Origin: Myxococcota bacterium
GTDB lineage: Bacteria > Myxococcota_A > Bradymonadia > Bradymonadales > Bradymonadaceae
Assembly (NCBI GenBank): GCA_036155555.1
Contig: JAYZVO010000125.1
Coordinates: forward strand, 1-32,057
Reading direction: 5' to 3'
Length of the DNA: 32,057 bases
The notes beneath the pieces were generated by a model that made no database searches, was not told where the DNA came from, and saw only the letters and a program-made list of their open reading frames with translations. The position numbers and the translations under genes were made by a program. Shown piece after piece: positions 25,778-32,057 of the stretch (position 1 is its first letter; every line of letters begins with the position of its first letter).

Positions 25778-26917
25778 ATGTCCTACCACTACTTGTTGAT
25801 CGCCCTGCTCCTCGTCGCTCCTGCGGCGACTGCGTGCACGAATAAGGCGAAGAAGGCCGAGGAGCCCGTTCGCCTGACACGTGAAGAGGACTGGACCGTC
25901 GAGACGTTCGAGATCTCTGAGAGCGGCGTGTGGATCGAAGGGGACGAGCGCATCCAGCTGCCGTTCTGGGCGGTCGGCGGTGTGATCCGCGTCGATGATA
26001 AGCTGATCCCCAAGCGCGTGTTCAACGAGGTCGCGCGCCAGCAAGCCCACCGAAACATCGCCAGACACTTGCACAGAAGTTACGCGCAGATCGTCCTGGA
26101 TCGCATCGTGTCGGGCTACTTGCTCGACAAGGCCGCCGAGGATGCTGGCGTGGTCATCGAGGAAGAGGCTGTCGATGCCGAGGTGGAGAAGTCTCTGTCG
26201 AAGCTCGAAACCCAGGAAGATATCGACGCCTACTTCGACTCCGTGGGGCTCGACGCCAGGAGCTACCGCGATTTGATCCGACGGCAGCTCTACCACAAGC
26301 AATTCCTGACCGAGGTTTACGAAGTCCGCGTCACCGAGCAAGAAGCGCAAGATCACTACAAGCGCTACAAGCGCCGCTATGACAAGAAGGCCGAGGTCAA
26401 GGCGAGCCACATCCTGTTCAAGTTCAGCAGCAGCCGCCCTTCCCCCGAGGAGGTCGAGAAGAAGCGCAAGGAGGCAGTGTCAGTCGCGCAAATGGCGAGG
26501 CAACCTGGCGCGAACTTCGCGGAGTTGGCCAGGCAATACTCGGAGGGACCGTCGGGGCCAAAAGGAGGAGACCTGGGTTATTTCCAGGCGAACCGGATGG
26601 TGCGCCCCTTCTCGGACAAGGCGTTCTCGATGCAAGTTGGCGAGGTGAGCGAGCCGGTCAAGACGCGCTTCGGGTGGCATGTCATAAGGGTCGAGGACAG
26701 GAAACCTGCGCGACTTATCCCATTCGAGGAGGTGCGTGAGGAGCTCGAAATGGAGTTGCTCCAGAAGAAGCTCGTGCAGGCACAGAATGTGTTCCTGCGT
26801 CGAGCCAAGAGCGAGCATGACATCGAATACCTGACACGCAACATCCGTTATCACGAGAAGAAAGCCCCCTCGACGCAGCCGCGCCGATACCCGGAGTCGC
26901 AGCCGCGCTACCCCTGA
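25778..26917 (+). CDS. Parvulin-type peptidyl-prolyl cis-trans isomerase lipoprotein (SurA/PrsA-like)
   Basis: Signal/lipobox 'LLIALLLVAPAATAC'. Parvulin domain 'KASHILFKF...ELARQYSEGPSGPKGGDLGYFQANRMVRPFSDKAFSMQVGEVSEPVKTRFGWHVIRVEDRKP'. Confidence 0.8.
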   Translation: MSYHYLLIALLLVAPAATACTNKAKKAEEPVRLTREEDWTVETFEISESGVWIEGDERIQLPFWAVGGVIRVDDKLIPKRVFNEVARQQAHRNIARHLHRSYAQIVLDRIVSGYLLDKAAEDAGVVIEEEAVDAEVEKSLSKLETQEDIDAYFDSVGLDARSYRDLIRRQLYHKQFLTEVYEVRVTEQEAQDHYKRYKRRYDKKAEVKASHILFKFSSSRPSPEEVEKKRKEAVSVAQMARQPGANFAELARQYSEGPSGPKGGDLGYFQANRMVRPFSDKAFSMQVGEVSEPVKTRFGWHVIRVEDRKPARLIPFEEVREELEMELLQKKLVQAQNVFLRRAKSEHDIEYLTRNIRYHEKKAPSTQPRRYPESQPRYP

Positions 26918-27061
26918 ACCTGAGCGAGAATGGAGCGCCTCGCGTGTGCGGCGAGAGAGACGTGTTCGTTTCGCTCGCTCGCCTGCGGTGGCCACTCTGA
27001 ACCGTGTCCAAACCATCGCGGTGATTTTACGCGAGCCCCTTTCGTGCCCGAGGTACCCTGC

Positions 27062-28165
27062 ATGTTTCGTCCATCGATAGTGCTTCTGATTCTGTCCATG
27101 TGCGCGCTCTCAGCCTGCGCGGGTCAAAAGAAAGCGCAGGAAGATCCTGCGCCGTTGACCAACAACGAGAAGCCAACGGACCTCTTCAGGGTCACGCCCG
27201 AGGGCGTGTTGACGCGCGGCGACACCTCGATGGAGCTTTTGTTCTGGGCTGTGGGGCCTGTCGCGACCGTCGATGGAGAGGCGATCACGGAGGGGCACTT
27301 CAACCGCGAATCCTACAAGATGCAGAAGGTCACCGGGGGGAGGATTCCCCCTGAATATGCAACGATCTATGTGCAGAAGCTCGTGGAGCAGATCGTGGAG
27401 AAGACCTTGCTCGGGCGCGAGGTCGAGGCAGACGGCATCGAGGTACCAAAGGATCTGGTCGACGCAGAGCTCCAACAGATGCGCGAGTCCTCGCCCAGGG
27501 TCTTCGAGATGATCACGGGTGACGGGAAGATGACGATGGAGGAGCTCCGCGAGGAGGTTCGCCAACAGCTCGCCATCCGTTTGTTGTTGAAGAAGCGTTA
27601 TGGTTTGGAGGTAAGCGAAGAAGAGATCGCCAGGTACTACGATGAGAACGCGTACAGGTATGAGCAAGAGGAGCAAGTGAGCGCGCGCCACATCCTGTTC
27701 AAGCTCGACAGTGAGGCTTCTCCTGACGAAATCGAGGCCGCGCGCAAACGCGCCGAAGAGGTCATGTTGCTCGCGAAGCAGCCGGACGCAGACTTCGGGG
27801 AGTTGGCCAAACAATACTCGGAGGGACCGTCAGCGCCAAAAGGAGGAGACCTGGGTTACTTCCCAGCGAAGCGGATGGTGGAGCCCTTTTCGAAGGCTGC
27901 CTTCGCGCTCCAGATCGGAGAGGTGAGCGAGCCGGTCAAGACGCAGTTTGGATGGCATCTGATCAAGGTCGAAGGGAAGAAACCTGCGCGCACGGTCCCC
28001 TTTGAAGAGGTCAAAGATCAAATCCGCGAGCAGCTCGAAGCCAAGCAGCTCCGAAACGCCTACGGCACGCTTCTTGACGAGGTAAAAGCCAAGGCCGAGG
28101 TCACGATGCTCTTCGAGAACATCCGGTATCGCGGGGACGTGAGCAGCGAGACGCCCGAGCCCTGA
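27062..28165 (+). CDS. Parvulin-type PPIase lipoprotein, a tandem paralog of the previous gene
   Basis: Start at ATG 27062 ('MFRPSIVLLILSMCALSACAG', a lipoprotein signal) rather than the in-frame 26930 extension. Parvulin domain 'SARHILFKL...ELAKQYSEGPSAPKGGDLGYFPAKRMVEPFSKAAFALQIGEVSEPVKTQFGWHLIKVEGKKP'. Over 60% identical to the upstream paralog in this domain. Confidence 0.8.
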   Translation: MFRPSIVLLILSMCALSACAGQKKAQEDPAPLTNNEKPTDLFRVTPEGVLTRGDTSMELLFWAVGPVATVDGEAITEGHFNRESYKMQKVTGGRIPPEYATIYVQKLVEQIVEKTLLGREVEADGIEVPKDLVDAELQQMRESSPRVFEMITGDGKMTMEELREEVRQQLAIRLLLKKRYGLEVSEEEIARYYDENAYRYEQEEQVSARHILFKLDSEASPDEIEAARKRAEEVMLLAKQPDADFGELAKQYSEGPSAPKGGDLGYFPAKRMVEPFSKAAFALQIGEVSEPVKTQFGWHLIKVEGKKPARTVPFEEVKDQIREQLEAKQLRNAYGTLLDEVKAKAEVTMLFENIRYRGDVSSETPEP

Positions 28166-28276
28166 ATCACGCTGTTTTCGATGCCAACTTGCTCTCGAGC
28201 TGTCAGGTGAGCATAATCGGATGCACCTCGGTGGGTTCGATCTCACCACTCGATAGACTGCAATTGGGGTGCTCTG

Positions 28277-28687
28277 ATGAAGAAGATGATCGGTGTGTGG
28301 ATGCTCGGGCTCGTGGCTGTGACAAGCGTATCAGCGGTGGGTTGTGGCCCTGTGGCGACAGGCCGTGATGACGGCGCCTTCGAGCCCAGCCGCGAGCGGC
28401 GCGTGGAAGGAATCTCGAAGCAATACTGCAACCGCATCGAGCAATGCGGTGACATTGGCGAGGGGCGCGACTTCGAGAACTATAGCGAGTGCATCTCGGA
28501 TACGGAGTCCTTCTTCTATGACCTCTGGCCATCGGACGAGTGCGCGGAAGGTCAGATCGACTCGATCGCCTACGAGGGATGTTACCAGGAAGTGCAAAAC
28601 TACCCGTGTAACGCTGACTTCTTCGACGTGCTCGATTTCTTCTCGGATTGTGGCAGCGACGAGATTTGCATCGACCCACGCAACTGA
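28277..28687 (+). CDS. Small acidic Cys-rich lipoprotein (about 136 aa, about 10 Cys)
   Basis: Signal/lipobox 'VAVTSVSAVGCG'. Acidic with spaced cysteines (…YCNRIEQCGDIGEG…YSECISDTE…SDECAEG…EGCYQEVQNYPCNADFF…SDCGSDEICIDPRN). Confidence 0.55.
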   Translation: MKKMIGVWMLGLVAVTSVSAVGCGPVATGRDDGAFEPSRERRVEGISKQYCNRIEQCGDIGEGRDFENYSECISDTESFFYDLWPSDECAEGQIDSIAYEGCYQEVQNYPCNADFFDVLDFFSDCGSDEICIDPRN

Positions 28688-28721
28688 TCTGTCTTTATTT
28701 TACAAGGTCCAGAACGCAGGA

Positions 28722-28781
28722 GGGGTGCGGCGAGGAGTGTTTTCGATCACGGCTCCTCGCCGCACCCCTCTGCATTTTTTT
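28722..28781 (+). terminator. Rho-independent terminator (16-bp stem GGGGTGCGGCGAGGAG/CTCCTCGCCGCACCCC, 15-nt loop, then a T7 tract)
   Basis: Read directly; followed by 'tctgcatttttttgtg'. Confidence 0.7.
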
Positions 28782-28882
28782 GTGCGGTCTCTGTAGCAGG
28801 ATCGTGATGAATGCGATCCTGAAGCCGCGAGCGTGTCGTTAATGCTGACGGGACAGGGTTTTGGACAGACCAAGAGGACTCG

Positions 28883-29986
28883 ATGTCGAAGAGAATGATA
28901 AGAATCGCGGCGCTCGCGAGCGTGTCGCTCTGTGTGTTCGCGAGCACCGCTCAGGCGGAAGAGCTCGCGGCGAGCCCGATGGTGGCTGCGCGCGTGGCCT
29001 TCGAGAATCAGATGACGCCAGGCTTTGGCGCGTTGGCCAAGCGAGGCGCGACGTTCGAGGGCGTATTGGCGCTCGACGCGTTACCAGGAGGGGGCTGGGC
29101 CGCAGAGGTCGAGGTTTCTTACAAGAACCTGAGCGTGCGTTACCCCGTGAAGTTTCAACACGCAGAGGTCGAGGGCTGTGACAACTGGACGGTGAGTTGG
29201 ACGCCAAACGAGGCGTTCTCGACGGCCTTGTTGAACGTGGCGTCCTCGGGCGCGCTCCCCGAGGCGCCGAGCGCCAGGGAGTGGAGCGAGCATGCCAGGC
29301 TGCCAGCGCTTCCGATCTTGCTCACGCGCGACAAGATGATCACGCCTTACGGGGCGGTCGATATCCAACGTGAGTTGGCCGAGCTGGACACCTCGCAGAA
29401 AGGCGCGAGCATCGCGCCTCCTCCTTCGTTGGTAAAGCACACGAAGAAGTGGCTCGAGGAGTATCTGGAGAACGACGAGGGGGCTGCGAGCGTGGACGTG
29501 ATCGCGGACAGGAGAGCGACCTGGCAAGATCTAACGCGCGTGGTCTTTGGCACCTCGAGCGTCGGCTTCTACAAGTTGTATCTGGTGGCCTCACGAGAGG
29601 ATGGCTCGTTGGGGGCCATCGAGACAGCCGCGCCGATCTTCGGGAGCCTCCCTGGCGTCAAGAAGCCCGTGCCGCTCGTATTGGGGTATTATCCACTCGA
29701 GCAAGGATCTGGATTTCGAGTGAGTCAGGGGAGCGCGGTGCTCGAGGACAAGGACGCGTGCGCCGATGAGATGAGCTTCTGCGTCGCGGATGGCGGCGAG
29801 TTCGACAAGCGACTCGCCGCACTCGCCGCAGGAATGAGAGCAAAGAAGCCGGATAATCCTTCCTATGCGATGTTTGCCACCACGGGCGACGTGACAGTCG
29901 GCGCGGCGGTCGCGTGGCTCGAGCGCGTTGGCGCGGGGCTCTCTATCCCGCAGCGGCGCGTGTTCATCGGATACATCGAACGATAA
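28883..29986 (+). CDS. Hypothetical secreted protein (signal peptide)
   Basis: RBS AAGAGGA 4 nt before the ATG. Signal 'MIRIAALASVSLCVFASTAQAEE'. High GC3 throughout. No recognizable motif. Confidence 0.55.
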   Translation: MSKRMIRIAALASVSLCVFASTAQAEELAASPMVAARVAFENQMTPGFGALAKRGATFEGVLALDALPGGGWAAEVEVSYKNLSVRYPVKFQHAEVEGCDNWTVSWTPNEAFSTALLNVASSGALPEAPSAREWSEHARLPALPILLTRDKMITPYGAVDIQRELAELDTSQKGASIAPPPSLVKHTKKWLEEYLENDEGAASVDVIADRRATWQDLTRVVFGTSSVGFYKLYLVASREDGSLGAIETAAPIFGSLPGVKKPVPLVLGYYPLEQGSGFRVSQGSAVLEDKDACADEMSFCVADGGEFDKRLAALAAGMRAKKPDNPSYAMFATTGDVTVGAAVAWLERVGAGLSIPQRRVFIGYIER

Positions 29987-29995
29987 GGGGAGCCC

Positions 29996-30403
29996 ATGAA
30001 GTTCAAGCGAATCGATTGTTTATGTGTCGCGCTCTCGCTCCTGATTCTCGGAGGTTGTGGCGACAAGCAAACGCAGCCGGACAAGGTCCCGACTGAAAAA
30101 GCCGTGGCGAGTTGTGGTGTGGTGAAGGACCCGTGGGGGGTTGCCAGCGCGTGGGCGGTGTCTCCAGGAGAGCAGGCTGCCGATGTTCAGGAGCTTCTGG
30201 CTGGTTGGGAGAATCCAACGGTCGCGCGCCTGTGGCGAGTGGATGATGCGCGCACGTGGAGCGCCATTATCGCGAGCAAGCCCGAGCCGGGTGCTGCGGA
30301 GAAGGTCATCTTGTTGACGATCACATATGCGGCAGATGGTCCTGACTACGCGTTAAACGAGGTGAAGGTAGGATCTGCCACGGAGCTCTGGCCCGAGCTC
30401 TGA
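29996..30403 (+). CDS. Hypothetical lipoprotein
   Basis: RBS AAGGGGA. Lipobox 'LSLLILGGCGDKQ'. 135 aa. Confidence 0.55.
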   Translation: MKFKRIDCLCVALSLLILGGCGDKQTQPDKVPTEKAVASCGVVKDPWGVASAWAVSPGEQAADVQELLAGWENPTVARLWRVDDARTWSAIIASKPEPGAAEKVILLTITYAADGPDYALNEVKVGSATELWPEL

Positions 30404-30433
30404 TGCCAGGCATCGTGAGAGCCAGACACAAGA

Positions 30434-30489
30434 AACCCCACACCCTCCGACGCGGGCCGAGCGGCCTTCGTAAAGGAGGGTGTGGGGGT
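30434..30489 (-). terminator. Candidate terminator for the ERF gene on the minus strand (13-bp stem CCCCACACCCTCC/GGAGGGTGTGGGG; on the minus strand it is followed by TTTCTTGT)
   Basis: Inverted repeat read directly. Lies between convergent genes. Confidence 0.45.
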
Positions 30490-30502
30490 TGGGGAGTATG
30501 AC

Positions 30503-30566
30503 CCCTCCCTGGTGAGGTGAAGCGCGCACCCACGCGCGCTCGTTCTCACCGGGGAGGGGATTTTTT
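30503..30566 (+). terminator. Rho-independent terminator for the + strand lipoprotein gene (stem CCCCTCCCTGGTGAG/CTCACCGGGGAGGGG, then ATTTTTTC)
   Basis: 15-bp stem with one G·U or mismatch, followed by a T6 run. Confidence 0.55.
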
Positions 30567-30572
30567 CGAGGG

Positions 30573-31388
30573 TCACTCTTCGATGTTCTCGATGACACCC
30601 TCGATGTAGTTCTTGCGCGTTTCAGCGTTCATGCCACGGAGCTTGCGACACATCGCGCTGATTTTCTGGGCGTCGATCTCCTCGAGGTTCTCTGCGCCCA
30701 TGCGCTCGACGTAGAGGTTCTGGAAGCTATCGCAGACCTCGGGTTCGGCGGACTCTTCGAGCAGCGCGCGGAACTCCTTGCTGCGCTCGGACCACTTGTT
30801 CTTCTCGTTCTCGGCCTTCTCTTCGGGGGCAGCCACGGCTTTTGGAGCTGGAGCAGCCTTTGGAGCAGCTTTTGGCGTAGGCGCAGGAGCTTGTTTGCGG
30901 CCGTTGACGGGGCGAGGAGCGTCGTCGTTCTCAGGATCGTCCCCGGTCGAGATGAGGAAGGTCTTGAGGAGGAAGTACTTGATCGCGCCGGTGTAAGCCT
31001 TGTAGTAGCCCTTGTCGCCGTTATCGAGGCCCTGCCCAACCCAGGTCGTGGTCATCATGTCACCGGATTCGCCGTCGATGAGGCTAACATCGAGGGTGAC
31101 GGTGGTCAGGTAGACGGTGCGGTTGCGAGCATCCTGGAGCTCATCCACGGTGTGTTCGCGAACGCTGGGGAAGAGCGCGACGCCTTGCTCGGCGAGCTTG
31201 GTGCGGATGTGGTCGACGAGGTCAGACTCGTAAACGTAGTCGTAACCGTGGAAGTCGTTGCGGCCGTTTTTGGGGACGCGGTGCACATCCATGAGGACCG
31301 TTGCCAACTTGCGAGCCAGCGGACGACCTTGCTCGGGGAGTGCTTGAGGAGGCGTTGGGAAGTGTGTGATGTTTGGGTTGGTGGCCAT
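30573..31388 (-). CDS. ERF-family single-strand annealing protein (phage P22 Erf-like recombinase)
   Basis: 'VPKNGRNDFHGYDYVYESDLVDHI' aligns with the Erf N-terminal 'APKNQYNSFGKYKYRSCEDILEGV' as I recall the P22 sequence. '…DKGYYKAYTGAIKYFLLKTFLISTGDDPENDD' aligns with the Erf 'KGMDAAQVTGATSSYARKYCLNGLFGIDDAKDAD' region. A Pro/Ala/Lys-rich linker precedes an acidic C-terminal domain. RBS GAGAGGGA. Confidence 0.8.
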   Translation of the reverse strand: MATNPNITHFPTPPQALPEQGRPLARKLATVLMDVHRVPKNGRNDFHGYDYVYESDLVDHIRTKLAEQGVALFPSVREHTVDELQDARNRTVYLTTVTLDVSLIDGESGDMMTTTWVGQGLDNGDKGYYKAYTGAIKYFLLKTFLISTGDDPENDDAPRPVNGRKQAPAPTPKAAPKAAPAPKAVAAPEEKAENEKNKWSERSKEFRALLEESAEPEVCDSFQNLYVERMGAENLEEIDAQKISAMCRKLRGMNAETRKNYIEGVIENIEE

Positions 31389-31579
31389 GACGTCCCTCTC
31401 TTATTTAAGGCGTTGCTGTGAAAGCTTGCTCTTCTTGAAACTCATCCGCTCTATCCTGGAGCGATGTGACGGGAGATGAACCGTGTCCCCGTCGTGACAG
31501 TTTCAATTGTAGGGAGGCCCCCCAAACTCTCAATGTCTTGTTTTTACGCAATACGATCAAAAACCACCACCAACCACTT

Positions 31580-31640
31580 CTTACCATCGTTATACGACCA
31601 AAAACAAAGCTTGCTTGGCTTACCATCGCCATACAAGCCA
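31580..31640. repeat. Two imperfect 21-nt direct repeats, CTTACCATCG(T/C)(T/C)ATAC(G/A)A(C/G)CCA, spaced about 39 bp apart in a low-GC region upstream of the ERF gene
   Basis: 'cttaccatcgttatacgacca' (31580-31600) and 'cttaccatcgccatacaagcca' (31619-31640). The surrounding 31400-31800 is markedly AT-richer than the rest of the window. Confidence 0.4.
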
Positions 31641-32057
31641 ACAAGAGGTGATTTACCCCTGTTTTTGGTCACTTCGGTTGGCGAATATTCTGGCGCGAAC
31701 CACCGACGACAGCCCGCGCGATCCTGGCACGAAATTTTCAATATTTTCGACAACTTGAACAATCAACCCGCATCACTCTGACGGCAGCGACATATCGAAG
31801 GGGGCTTAAAATTTGGGGCCAGGATCGCGCGGAACGCCAGCAATCGAGCCCATTCCGTTCCATCGGGAAGAAATCGAGAGCCGCGACGCAAGATCCGCAG
31901 TTAAATCCCCGAAAACAGTATTGCCTGCCACGTCGTCTGGCCGTCGACGAGGTTGTGCCACGGATGCACCCTGCTCGTTTTGCGAGCAGCAAATCCGGCG
32001 AACCCGTTTTTTTCAATATCTTCCTGTCTGAAGGGGAGTGCTTGTTCCAAAGCGCGT

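Noticed and set aside
25490-26410. 306-aa minus-strand ORF overlapping the first PPIase
   Set aside because: It is antisense to a gene with a clear parvulin domain and has no supporting features.
26930-27061. In-frame N-terminal extension of the second PPIase (ORF call 26930-28165)
   Set aside because: The extension has no signal peptide. ATG 27062 gives a textbook lipoprotein signal and matches the paralogue's architecture.
31738-32031. Overlapping small ORFs (72 aa on +, 92 aa on -) at the extreme right end
   Set aside because: The starts are artefacts of an A/T run (TTG-AAA-AAA). There is no RBS or domain signal, and the region is low-GC and probably regulatory. It could be the start of a gene truncated by the window edge, which I cannot judge.
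1-32057. A search for tRNA, rRNA or CRISPR arrays, especially in the low-GC regions 1-430, 15990-16075 and 31400-32057
   Set aside because: I found no GTTC(G/A)ANNC T-loop or cloverleaf candidates, no rRNA-like conserved stretches, and no regularly spaced short direct repeats with unique spacers.

Overview
This 32 kb window is high-GC (about 65-70%) and rich in lipoproteins, RCC1 repeats and cysteine-rich modules, so a myxobacterial (Myxococcota-like) origin is my inference. From left to right: (i) two paralogous secreted lipoproteins sharing a novel Cys-rich module (motif C-x-N-x3-D-x2-E-x-G-hydrophobic-D-C-G-G-x-C-x2-C), fused to a 7-blade RCC1 propeller in one and to an Ig-like domain plus SBBP-like beta-propeller repeats in the other. 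(ii) A roughly 10 kb cell-surface glycan cluster: three GT4 and one GT-B glycosyltransferases, one GT2-like, an SDR sugar epimerase/dehydratase, a SAM methyltransferase, a stand-alone APS kinase (cysC) and a Wzy-like membrane polymerase. (iii) A PPK2 polyphosphate kinase divergently transcribed from (iv), the most striking locus. That locus encodes an NfeD/YqiJ-like membrane protein with a 45-residue alternating Asp-hydrophobic repeat, a 762-aa flotillin (SPFH) protein with a long Glu/Ala-repeat tail, and, after an intrinsic terminator, a 1,914-aa protein with one MoxR/dynein-type (AAA_5) ATPase module inside a huge coiled-coil and low-complexity scaffold. (v) Two tandemly duplicated SurA/PrsA-like parvulin peptidyl-prolyl isomerase (PPIase) lipoproteins and three small secreted proteins. 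(vi) An ERF-family single-strand annealing recombinase at the right edge, next to a low-GC region with iteron-like direct repeats, which suggests a mobile-element boundary. Several perfect inverted repeats (19-bp, 27-bp, 18-bp and 15-bp arms) sit at gene boundaries. I saw no rRNA, tRNA or CRISPR. All calls come from reading the translations and the DNA directly; no database search was possible.
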